Shown here in pieces: positions 51,568-63,336 of a DNA stretch of 64,000 nt (positions within the stretch are counted from its first letter, which is position 1; each line of letters begins with the position of its first letter). The position numbers and the translations under genes were made by a program. The DNA comes from Octopus vulgaris (Eukaryota). Below the pieces are notes generated by a model, which was given only the letters and a program-made list of their open reading frames with translations, was not told the DNA's origin and ran no database searches. The stretch lies in NCBI GenBank assembly GCA_951406725.2, contig OX597838.1, positions 10,974,001-11,038,000 on the forward strand. The letters are read 5' to 3'.

Positions 51568-52156
51568 GTTCTGTTAAAGAATATCAAGATCATGCAGGTA
51601 ACCAATTTGTACAGTTAAGATTAATAACACTTACATCTTGAACACAAGATATATTGAGCCTGCTTGGTTACTATGTAGTATGTATGCTCTGCTGTGCAGC
51701 TAACAGTACCATGCTGGGTGCGGTTTTTAAATTTTATTTAAGATCTACTGATGATTGATGGGTAAAAATGGACACAGATGTATTAAAGTATTTAAGTATT
51801 AAGGGCATGTGGGTATTTTGAAAATACCTCATGGAGTGACAACTGTGCCCGCATAGTTATGAGCAGCCATGGCAAGGCATAGCATATGTTCAGCCACTCT
51901 ACCATGGATACGGTGAAGTCATGGCACTGAAGCATGGTAGATTGTGAAGAGGTAGCAGAAGAGCTCAACTGAACCACTGGTGCTTTTTACATTGATGCTG
52001 AGCGGGAGAATCCAAGAAGATCATTGGTCAAGATCAAGCTCTATCAAGAGAGTAACTGCAACACATCTATAGGGGAGGCGTCCATGGTTGTGTAGAAAGT
52101 CTTTGATTACAACTCAACTTTATCATGGCTGGCTTGGGCTATGTATATGTATATAT

Positions 52157-52460
52157 ATCACCGTGATCGACCAGGCTATCAGATGTTGTTACACATCGCT
52201 GGTCACAATGCGCTTCACATTGTTTTAGCCTTCAAATGACGCCACCCCGCTGGCTAAGCGAGCAGGCCAACAGAAGAAAGAGTGAGAGAAAGTTGTAGCG
52301 AATGAGTACAGTAGGGATCGCCACCATCCCCTGCCGGAGCCGCATTGAGCTTTAGGTGTTTACGCTCAATAAACACTCACAACGCCCGGTCTGGGAATCG
52401 AAACCGTGATCCTACTACTGCGAGTCCACTGCCCTAACCACTGGGCCATTGCGCCTCCAC
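52157..52460 (-). mobile_element. SINE with family E head and alternative tail
   Basis: Homologous to 34027-34340. Confidence 0.85.
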
Positions 52461-52482
52461 ATATGTGTATATATATATATAT

Positions 52483-52783
52483 TGACCGCGTGTGTACTGT
52501 TGACGATTTTTTTCCTCCGTCTTCCCTTCCTTGGATCTTTCCTTTTCCTATGTTTCTGACGAAGAGCTCCGCTCGAAACGTTAAATCCTCCTTCTTTCTT
52601 TCCTTTCGTGAGCATCCAATAACACTATGCTTGTTCCACGTCCTTGTGTTGTTGTGTTTTCATGTTTGGATTAACTTATATATATATATATAGTTAATCC
52701 AAACAAGAAAACACAAAAAAACACAACACGAGGACGTGGAACAAATATAGTATTATTGGACGCTCAGGAAAGAAGGAAAGAAG
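52483..52783 (+). mobile_element. Penelope-derived/retrozyme-like element (52483-52676) plus inverted partial copy (52692-52783) around (TA)n
   Basis: Homologous to 13323-13515; ...tttggattaact(TA)n agttaatccaaa... arranged tail-to-tail. Confidence 0.7.
52552..52586 (+). ncRNA. Minimal type-I hammerhead ribozyme motif, intact core
   Basis: GUUU-CUGACGA-A-GAGC(UCC)GCUC-GAAA-CG-UU-AAAU; palindromic ACGU helix III. Confidence 0.65.
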
Positions 52784-53348
52784 ATATATATGACAGAATT
52801 CTTTCAGTTTCCGTCTACCAAATCCACTTATAATGTTTTGGTTGACCTGGGGCTATAGTAGAAGACACTTGCCCAAGGTACCATGCAGTGGGATTGAACC
52901 TGGAACCATGTGGTTGGGAATTATTACACGGCTATGTCTGTGCTGACAGCAACAAAAACAACAACAAAATTAAGGGAAAGAAATTAATTAGAAGCAAAGA
53001 GAGGAAGGTAATTTATTCTAATTAGCGTGAGAAGTGGGTCTTCTTCCGTCTCCAGCGCAACAGGTTTCCAGATGGACCTAATATCCTGAGATGCTATGAT
53101 GTAAAACAAACAGGAAATTAATTCCGGACACCTAAGGCGATTGAGGGATGGGATAGGAGGGTGTTTCTATGTGGACGGACAAAATGCTAGAAACAACAAG
53201 GATCCACTGGATAATGTAGCCATGGATATGCTATTACTAGTGATGAGGAACTGATGGAGGGGTGGGGGCGGTACTATCATTGATTGAATGCATTTGATCA
53301 CAGCCTGATCTGCCAGGGCAGATTTGGGAGTTGAACAACAACAACAAC

Positions 53349-53390
<42 letters not shown>

Positions 53391-53630
53391 CTTTTTCTTC
53401 TTCTTTTTTCAAATTTGCTTCCATTTCTTGCCGAGTGTCTTCCCGACTTCTAGGGCAAAGAAACTCATAGTATACATTGGTAGGCCATTAAACTAAACTC
53501 ACTAGTTCGTTCATTTTTTTTTTTTTAAATTAAATTAAAATACATGGGTAGTAATAGTTCTCACATCGACAATGCTCTTCTCAATACGTGTGATGTACCA
53601 GTTAAGACAATCTTGGCTATGGCAATGATG
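53349..53630 (-). mobile_element. 3' end of an R4/Dong-type RLE retrotransposon
   Basis: 53620-53561 translates to IAKIVLTGTSHVLRRALSM*; UTR then (AAT)n tail. Confidence 0.7.
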
Positions 53631-53960
53631 GCCGTCTCCCCGCGAGCCACTCAAAGCTCAAAAATGATAACATTATCGTGGCACCAAAATGTTTTTGGAA
53701 ACTAAAAGGAAAACTAAATCAGTATATCAAATTGCTTGTCCTATGGTTAATCTGGAAGCGCGTCCCCCAGGGAAGAGCCAACCTGGGATTGAAAAGTCAT
53801 CAACTGGCACAAACTCTTCTCCGAATACGGACATGGATGGTCACTTGAACAGGAAATTCACCAACTTGAGCCCTCCAAGTTCACCACCACAGAAAGAAAT
53901 ATGTAAGTGGAATAAATGGACCCGAGAAGAATATAAAGAAGTAATATACGCTTATTATTA
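53631..53960 (+). mobile_element. 5' fragment of an R4/Dong-type retrotransposon ORF
   Basis: ORF 53689+ contains KWTREEYKEVIYAYY, resembling the N-terminal KWTxEE..xx.cYY motif of R4/Dong proteins; runs into (TAT)n. Confidence 0.6.
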
Positions 53961-54370
53961 TTATTATTATTATTATCATTATTATTATTTAAGGCAGGGA
54001 GCTGGCAAAACTTAGCATTCCAGGCAAAATGATTAGCAGTATTTTGTCAATCTTTACATTCTCCATTCATATTCCGCTGATGCTGACTTTGCTTTTTATC
54101 CCTTTATCCTTTTTGTCGATAAAGATATGAGATTTGAACTCAGAAAAAAGGGAGAACAAATACTGGGAAAGTATTACGGAATCTTTTGATACCCCACATG
54201 TCAAAATGGGATATCAAAAGATTCAGTAATCTTTCAGCTAACAATTAAACTTTATTTTCATTTACATAATTTGCATTAACAAAAATTTAACATTATAATC
54301 TTTCTATAATTCAACTATTCTCAACAACATTTTATACCAAGACATCACATTTTCTATATGAGTGTGTACC

Positions 54371-54599
54371 TTAACCCTTTCGTTACTGTATTTCTGTTGA
54401 GATTCTCTGTGTTTCTTTCAATTACTTTAAATATAACAAAGAATTTACTAAAATAACTTAGTTATCATTAAGCTAGTGTTAGGAATATAAATTGTGACTA
54501 AGGTTTGGTGGAAGATTTTAATTAAAAACTTATGAAAACAAGACATTTGTACTCAAGAGCCAGAGCCGGTTTCAGGCAGGTTGGTAATGAAAGGGTTAA
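54371..54599. mobile_element. piggyBac-like MITE, second family
   Basis: ttaaccctttcgttac ... gtaatgaaagggttaa. Confidence 0.75.
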
Positions 54600-55044
54600 A
54601 AGACAACCATTTCTCGATATGTTATGAGGAAATACAGTCACTCACTTTCTTTCTCACATGCACAAGCATGAATACAAACAAAAAAGATGTATGTATTTCT
54701 ATTTATGTACGTGTATATGAAAGATGTGTGTGAGAGAGAGAGAGAGTGAGTGAGTGCCACCTACAAAAAGTACATACATGACAACACACAATTTCACTCA
54801 CTCTCTCTTTCACACACACATGCATGTCCATTTCACATACGTGTACATATATCTTTCACTTTCTGCTCTCACTTCAAAACAAATGTCGCCTTTTCACTTT
54901 CACCTATCTTTCAATTTCTGCTCTCTTCAAAGAATAAAGAAATGGAAAAATTTTTATGGAAATTATCGAACAATAATATGAGCCCATATGATCAAGTTGA
55001 CAACTTTGCTGCTTCAAATGAAAGAATACCGTAAAATAACTTCT

Positions 55045-55078
<34 letters not shown>

Positions 55079-55179
55079 AAGCTAAAATTTCTGTATGAAC
55101 TATGCTATTTCTTGCTATGTGCACACACAAAATTATAGCTCAAATCTAATTGAAATCATCTTTTTCTATTCTGTAATTC

Positions 55180-56110
55180 ATGTTTGCGATGGGTATAAAA
55201 AAAACCTGATCTTCAATATAAATTTAAAAGGAAGTTCTCCCAGAAATTCTGTCCTTTAACCATTGTTTCTAGCATGTCTGAGGTGACATTTGTGACCTCT
55301 GCACCAATTGTTTTTCCTAAATTTCTTCAAATCCCTATGTTTTCAATACAGGAGATTAGGATTTTGCCCCCAAAACATGTTCTCAATAATTTAATTTTCT
55401 CCTTCCCCCATCTCAATTTCTTCATTTTTTTTTCAAATATTTTCCTCAATAGTCCATGGAGAGAAAAACAGAGTCCGAATCTTTAATAATTTTCTTCTTT
55501 CTTTTTTCTTAAAGAAACACTAAAATCTCCTTCCCAAACATCCACCCATCACCTCACCCCTTTCAAAAAGCTACAAACTCCCAATGTTTCACTTTTAGCT
55601 TTTTGGAAAGCAAGGAAGTTTCTTCAGAAATAATGTCATTTACCTGTTGTTTCTAGCATGTCAGCTTTTCTGGTGGTACTCTAATATTTTTTACGTCTGT
55701 TATTTCAGTACAATTCTACGCATGGGTGAAACATCATACGAAAGTGAAACATTGGGTGTTTTTAGCTTTTTGAAAGGGAGTAGGTGATGGGTGGGTGAGG
55801 TGAGGGAAGGGGTTTCTTTAAGATGAGGTGAGTGTTTCTTTAAGAAAAAATTAAACTTTAAAGGGAAATATATTTCCCAGATTCGTAATTTCTGTATTTT
55901 TCTACATGGATAAAAAAAAAAAACAATCTGTAAAAAAGTTACAAATTATGAAATTGCGGTGGAGAAGGGTGGGGGGAAGGGGACTAAAATTTTTTTTAAA
56001 TGTGATTTTGAGGCAAAATCATATTAATCCCCTTTCATATGATGAAATAATACATAGTTTATGATCCTTGTTAAGGACAGAAAGTACTTTCATACAAACC
56101 CATGCAAATT
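55180..56110. mobile_element. Old fold-back element with long (~400 bp) degenerate inverted arms
   Basis: Best core: cccatcacctcacccctttcaaaaagctacaaactcccaatgtttcacttt vs aaagtgaaacattgggtgtttttagctttttgaaagggagtaggtgatggg; further paired blocks outward. Confidence 0.65.
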
Positions 56111-56266
56111 GTATCCAACCCCTCCTTCACTGTTAAGCAAACAAGTTCCATCACACCGGTAATCCAGTTCACTAGATATCAGCTGTGTTGATTCTGCCCG
56201 TAAGGAACAAATAATATGATATGGCTGTAGGGCATAACACTCAGGTAATGCCAGGATGCAATGCTA

Positions 56267-56300
<34 letters not shown>

Positions 56301-56757
56301 GTGTGTGTATATATCTGTGTGTGTGTGTGTATATATATATGTGTGTGTGTATATATATATATGTATAATATATGAGTGTGTGTGTATGTATATATATATA
56401 TATGTATAATATATGAGTGTGTGTATGTATATAAATATATATATATATATATGTATAATATATGAGTGTGTGTGTTTGTATATATATATATATATATATG
56501 CATAATATATGAGTGTGTGTATATATGTGTATATATATATCTGTATATATATGTGTGTATGTATGTGTACATACATGTGTATATATCTGTGTGTGTGTGT
56601 ATATATATATACACACACACACATATACATATGTACACATACATACACACACACACATATATACACGCACACTCATATATTATGCATATATTTACATATA
56701 TAATTACATACATACATACATTCATGTACATATATATATACACACACACACACACAC
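56267..56757. repeat. Compound TG/TA/CA microsatellite array
   Basis: Directly visible. Confidence 0.95.
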
Positions 56758-57737
56758 CAACAATATTAAGAGATAAAAAAAAAAGGGGGAAAGAAGGGAG
56801 AAGGCAACATGGGAGAACTAAAAATAAATGAAGGAGTATAAAAAAGGAATGAAAACATAAGACTATTAAGTAAAAGCTGGTTAAAGGGAGCCGTGAAATG
56901 TGGTTCGTGCAATGCTAAATGTAATTATCACCTTTGGTAGCCATGGTATCAGAGATAAAGAGATTACGTATCCCCATGGTGATATTAGCCATGGAATAAA
57001 CAATCCTGCAGGAAAGCTAATGAGAAAGGCTGTGTGTCACTCAACCTGCTAGAAATAGCAGCAAAATTCTCCCAACCTTGTGTAATGTATACACCATAAG
57101 ATCTTTTATCTTTCATTTGTTTCAGTCATTGGACTATGGCCATTGGCCATGCTGGGGCACTGACACGAAAGGCTCTAGTTAAACAAATCGACCCCCAGTA
57201 CTTGTTTTTTTTTTTTTTAAGTTTGGTACTTATTCTATCAGTTTCTTTTGCTGAACTGCTAAGTTTTTTTTAGAGATGTAAATAAACCAACACCAGCTGT
57301 GAAGGATAGGGAGTGGTGAGAAATACACACACCTGGTGAGCTATCTAACAGCTTTCATTTACAAAATTCACTCACAAAGCATTGGTTGACCCAGGACTAT
57401 AGTAAAAGACACTTGCCCAAGGTGCCACACAGTGGGACAGAACCTGAAACCATGCGGTCACAAAATGAGCTTCTTAACCATAGTGTCATGTCTAACATGT
57501 TAGCAAAACCTAAAACAAAATAGTGTAGGGTTCAATGGATAAGGTGGTCCTAGATACATCTGAAGAAGACAGATAAAAACTTGGTTACAACCGGATTGTC
57601 TTTGAGCTAGACCTCAGAATTGTCAAAGCATGGAATAAACTACCCGAGTCCCATCTTAGCTATCCTAACACTACACCTTTCAAATATTCCATGCTCCCCA
57701 AAATTCACCAACTCTAAGCAGCCTTTCTTTATTGTGA

Positions 57738-58090
57738 CCCTTTTACAGCTAACTTTTTCCCCTTCATTCATGAACGACCATGGTCCTGCACTTAGAAATT
57801 TCCTCTCTGATGCACAAGTCTGGGCAAGGTTGTTTATGGAAGACCAGCAGTTACCCATGCATACCAGCCTCCCCTCTTCATGCCACTGATGTTATCTAAG
57901 AGAAAGGCAAAGATCAATACAACTTCGCATCAATGACGACGCAACTCATTTTTACAGCTGAGTGAACTGGAACAATGTGAAAATAAAGTGTATTGCTCAA
58001 GAACACAACACACGGCTCAGTTCGGAAATTGAACTCATTACCTCATGATTGTGATCCCAATACTCTAACCATTGAGCCACGAACCTTCAC
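57738..58090 (-). mobile_element. CORE-like tRNA SINE, full length
   Basis: Reverse-complement homologue of the 43826-44134 element. Confidence 0.8.
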
Positions 58091-58164
58091 TCTGTTAAAT
58101 GTAATACTTATTTATTCACATTGTTTTGAATTAACGATTCATTATCTTGTAGCTTTGAAATTTG

Positions 58165-58547
58165 GAATCAACTCAAATTCGAAATCGATCAACATCAATG
58201 GAATTTGTAGTTTGCGGTACCAGTGCCGGTGGCACATAAGAGAACCATCTGAACGTGGCCGTAGCCAGCACCGCATCGACTGGCCTCCGTGCTGGTGGCA
58301 CGTAACAAACACCATCCGATCGTGGCCGTTCGCCAGCCTCGTCTGGCACCTGTGTCGGTGGCACATAAAAAGCACCCACTACACTCATGGAGTGGCTGGC
58401 GTTAGGAAGGGCATCCAGCCGTAGAAACACTGCCAGATCTGACTGGCCTGGTGCAGCCTTCGGGCTTCCCAGACCCCAGTTGAACCGTCCAACCCATGCC
58501 AGCATGGAAAGCGGACGTTAAACGATGATGATGATGATGATGATGAT
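58165..58547 (+). mobile_element. Family C retroelement nested in a piggyBac-like MITE (58091-58671)
   Basis: 3 units plus tail; MITE halves on both sides, ending aaaggttaa. Confidence 0.85.
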
Positions 58548-59235
58548 GTGACTGTTTAGTTTTAGAATGGCATTGTAGGGTAGGTGTGAGAGGCCAGATG
58601 TTGATGGTTTGAACATAAAAGAGGTAGAATATTTAGATTGGATATGGCCAGTTAAAATACTGAAAGGTTAACTGTACCAATGCTAAAAGAGTCGTTTGTT
58701 TTACACACACACACACACGCACACACGCACACACACACACACACGTACACACACACACACATGTACACATACACACAGACACACATGCACACACACACGT
58801 ATATTAATCTATGTATGTTTGTGTTTGTCTTCCACCATCACTTGACAACTGGTGTCGGCTAGTTTACATCCCTGTAACTGAGCAGTTCAGCAAAAAGCAA
58901 CTGATAGAACAAGTATCTTGCCGAAAAGGAAAAGAAAGTACTGGGGGGTCAATTTGCATGAGTAAACCCTTAAGGGCAGTGCTCCAGCCTGGTTGCAGTT
59001 CAAAACTGACATAAAAGATATATTAAAATACTGACTCCACTTGATAGACAAAAGTCTCTGAGTTAAAGATAGCAATGCTGTGAATTTGCCATATTCCATT
59101 AGGAACACAAGACAGAGGGACATAATTTTATATAGAATCTGCTGTCATGGCAGAAATCCAATACTGGTAGAAAGACAAATGAGTAGTAAGGTTATAAAGT
59201 ATACATATAATGAAAGCATATATAAATAATAATGC

Positions 59236-59600
59236 TCTCTCTTTTACTCTTTTACTTGTTTCAGTCATTTGACTGCGGCCATGCTGGAGCACCACCTTTA
59301 GTCGAGCAAATCGACCCCGGGACTTATTCTTTGTAAGCCCAGTACTTATTCTATCGGTCTCTTTTTGCCGAACCGCTAAGTGACGGGGACGTAAACACAC
59401 CAGCATCGGTTGTCAAGCAATGCTGGGGGGACAAATACGGACACACAAACACCACACACGTATATATATATATATACATACATATATACGACAGGCTTCT
59501 TTCAGTTTCCGTCTACCAAATCCACTTACAAGGCATTGGTCGGCCCGGGGCTATAGCAGAAGACACTTGCCCAAGGTGCAACGCAGTGGGACTGAACCCA
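59236..59600 (-). mobile_element. SINE family A
   Basis: Reverse complement of the family A body and tail. Confidence 0.9.
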
Positions 59601-59602
59601 GA

Positions 59603-59635
<33 letters not shown>

Positions 59636-60525
59636 GTAGGTTTGGGTGTAATAAAAGCGAAAGTTAATTAGAAACACAAATATGAATAGAGAGACAAAAT
59701 AAGTACAAGACTGAAATATATAGTGGGGTTAGCATGATTGATAAAAACCCTTGATGGAGATGACCCAACATGTCAATAGACTACTTTCAGACACCATCAT
59801 CATCATCATTTAATGTCTGCTTTTCATGCTGGCATGGGTTGGAGAGTTTAACCAGAGCTGAAAAAGGCCAAAGGTCACACCAGGCTGCATTGTCTGTTTT
59901 TGGCAATAGTTTCTATGGTTTGATGCCCTTCATAATGCCAACCACCCTGCAGTGTACTGGGTGCTTTTTATGTGGTGCTAGCACCAGTGCTTTTAATGCG
60001 ATACCAGCACAAACATGGAACCAGAACCGACAGAAGAATAATCCCTACAGCAGGCATGGGCAACCTTTTTTGTGAAGTGGGCTAATGAAACATGGGGGTC
60101 ACCATCAGGCAGGCTGCAGTACTAAGAAACTTCAAGGCAATTTTTTTGATAGGCCATTCAGAAAGACCTGCAGGCTGCAGTTTGCTCATAATTGCCCCAC
60201 AAGATGATACTTTATAATTTAATCTGTGTATCCTGGTTTTAAAATAGGGGTACACCACATTCCTGTGTATCATAATAGCCAATTACAAAGGTTGCCAACA
60301 GCAAGGGCATCCAACAACTTCAGAAAACCCATGTACCCATGCAAGCATGGTGTAGCTGTGTGGTTAAATAGTTTGTTTCTCAGCCATATGGTTCTAGGTT
60401 CAGTACCATTGCGTGGCACCTTCTGAGGAAGAGTTATCTACAGTAGGCAGTTGAATAATGGGGGTCGATGTAACTGACTCATCCCTTCTCCCAAAATTAC
60501 TGCCCTTGTGGCAAGTTTTGAAACC

Positions 60526-60916
60526 AGGAGTGGCTGTGTGGTAAGTAGCTTGTTTACCAACCACATGGTTCCGGGTTCAGTCCCACTGCGTAGCACCTTG
60601 GGCAAGTGTCTTCTACTATAGCCTCGGGCCGACCAAAGCTTTGTGAGTGGATTTGGTAGACAGAAACTGAAAAGAAGCCCGTCATATATATGTATATATA
60701 TATATATATATATATGCGTGTGTGTGTTTGTCCCCTAGCATTGCTTTACAACCGATGCTGGTGTATTTATGTCCCCGTTACTTAGCGGTTTGGCAAAAGA
60801 GACCGATAGAATAAGTACTGGGTATACAAAAGAATAAATCCCGGGGTCGAGTTGCTCGATTAAAGGCGGTGCTCCAGCATGGCTGCAGTCAAATGACTGA
60901 AACAAGTAAAAGAGTA
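60526..60916 (+). mobile_element. SINE family A, full length
   Basis: Matches the other copies. Confidence 0.9.
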
Positions 60917-61189
60917 TTATTATTATTATTATTATTATTATTCATTTTGTTTATCAGGTACATGTGTATTCACCACTACTTTAGAATAATTGAAGCATGT
61001 CTGACAATCTTGGAGTGTATTGAGTGTCTCTTGGTGTGACCTTTGTCCCCCACCCCACCCCATGTGTGCATGTACATGTGTGTTTGTGTATTTTTATGTA
61101 TATTTTCCACCATTGTTTGACAACTAGTGTTAGTTTGTTTACATCTTTGTAACTTAGTGGTTCAGCAAAAAGTGTTGATAGAATACTCC

Positions 61190-61582
61190 CTCTTTTACTC
61201 ATTTACTTGTTTCAGTCATTTTACTGTGGCCATGCTGGAGCACCGCCTTTAGTCAATCAAGCAAATCGATCCCAGGACTTATTCTTTCTAAGCCTAGTAC
61301 TTATTCTATCGGTTTCTTTTGCCAAACCACTAAGTTATGGGGATGTAAACACACCAGCATCGGTTGTCAAGCGATGTTGGGGGGACAAACACAGACACAC
61401 AAACATACACACATATATATATGACAGGCTTCTTTTAGTTTCCGTTTACCAAATCCACTCACAAGGCATTGGTCGGCCTGAGGCTATAGCAGAAGACACT
61501 TGCCCAAAGTGCCAGTAGTGGGACTGAACCCGGAACCATGTGGTTCGTAAGCAAGCTACTTACCACACAGCCACTCCTACGT
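61190..61582 (-). mobile_element. SINE family A, full length
   Basis: Reverse complement of the family A copies. Confidence 0.9.
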
Positions 61583-62220
61583 CTGAGTACCAGACTTAAA
61601 AAAAAATGTAAGTACAGGAGTTGAGATGTTTGACTAAACCCTTCCAGGTAGTGCCCCAGCATGGCCGTAGTCTAATGACTGAAACAGGTAAGAGGTAAAA
61701 ACTGGTAAAACCGATGTAAGCCATGGTGATGATGGTGATGCTGATATTCAGTGATGAAGAAACTAAAAGAATTGTACATGAAAATCTGCTGGAGCTGAAT
61801 AAAGAAAACAACTCTTTTTTTTTTGCTAGAAGGCAAACTTAAAGAGATAACGATTGACGAGCCATTGAATAATTAGCAATTAAATGAAATTAAATAACGA
61901 TCATTATTATTAAATGAATGCAACAAGCTGTTGGGTCAGCGAAAGAATATTAAGCCAGAAAGAAGAGCAACAAAGACCAAATTCTAAATGCATTAACTGG
62001 GGTCTGTTTGTGCAGAGGGTGACCCCGGAACTCACACACCGACAGGGAAGGGTGACAGGACCAGAGGAACGGTGGGGTGGGGGGGTTCTTTCCACCACGT
62101 GGTGGGGTGGGGGTGGGGTGGTGGTGGTGGTGGAAGGAAGGAATGAAGGAAGGAGAGTAAGAAGGAAAGAAGAAAGGAAGAAAAGAGAGAAAGAAGCAGA
62201 AACAAAAAGAAAGAAATAAA

Positions 62221-62251
62221 AATAGATAGACAGACAGACAGACATAGATAG

Positions 62252-62282
<31 letters not shown>

Positions 62283-62311
62283 GATAGATAGATAGATAGA
62301 TAAATAGATAA

Positions 62312-62358
<47 letters not shown>

Positions 62359-62459
62359 TACAGATAGATAAATAGGTATCAAAATACATAGATAGACAGA
62401 TAGATAAACAGACAGATATAAAGATAGATAGATATAAAGATAGATAGACAGATAGATAT

Positions 62460-62495
<36 letters not shown>

Positions 62496-62496
62496 G

Positions 62497-62532
<36 letters not shown>

Positions 62533-62537
62533 CAGAC

Positions 62538-62571
<34 letters not shown>

Positions 62572-62656
62572 AGACAGATAAATATAGACAGATACATAAA
62601 TATATAAAAACAGATAAAGACAAACAAAAATAGATGGATAGCTAGATTGATAGATA
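62221..62656. repeat. (GATA)n/(GACA)n microsatellite array
   Basis: Directly visible; source of the YLSI-repeat ORFs. Confidence 0.95.
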
Positions 62657-62920
62657 AAATATTGGTTTCAAATTTTGGCACAAAAAGCCAACAATTGAGT
62701 GGGATGGGGTAAGACCATTACATTATCCCCCAGTGTTTAACTGGTACTTATTTTATCAACCTCAAAAGGATGAAAAGCAAAGTTGACTCCTGTGAAATTT
62801 GAACCCAGAAAACGTAAAGATGGATGAAATGCTGCTAAGTATTTTTCCCTGCATGCTAACCATTCAGCCAGCTCACCACCCTACAGACAGACAGAATATT
62901 GGTAAGTCCAATCCCAATAA

Positions 62921-63336
62921 CTATTTCTTTAATACCCACAAGCGGCTAAACACAGAGAGGACAAACATGGACAGACAGACGATTAAGTCGATTATATTGA
63001 CACCAGTGCGTAACTGGTACTTAATTTACCGACCCCGAAAGGATGAAAGGCAAAGTCGACCTCGACGGAATTTGAACTCAGAACGTAACGGCAGACGAAA
63101 TACCTATTTCTTTACTACCCACAAGGGGCTAAACACGGAGAGGACAAACATGGACAGACAGATGGGTTAAGTCGATTATATTGACCCCAGTGCGTAACTG
63201 GTACTTAATTTACCGACTCCGAAAGGATGAAAGGCAAAGTCGACCTCGGCGGGATTTGAATGCAGAACGTAACGGCAGACAAAATACCGCTTAGCATTTC
63301 GTCCACCATGCTAACGTTTCTGCCAGCTCGCCGCCT
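62921..63336 (-). mobile_element. SINE family B dimer with 13-bp TSD
   Basis: tccaatcccaata at 62907-62919 and 63337-63349. Confidence 0.9.

Noticed and set aside
53630-53665. HDV-like ribozyme at the start of the R4/Dong 5' fragment (gtctccccgcgag)
   Set aside because: P3 does not close properly and P1/P2/P4 could not be found.
59040-59163. Minus-strand acceptor tttgtctttctaccAG
   Set aside because: Early stops in all frames and no good donor.
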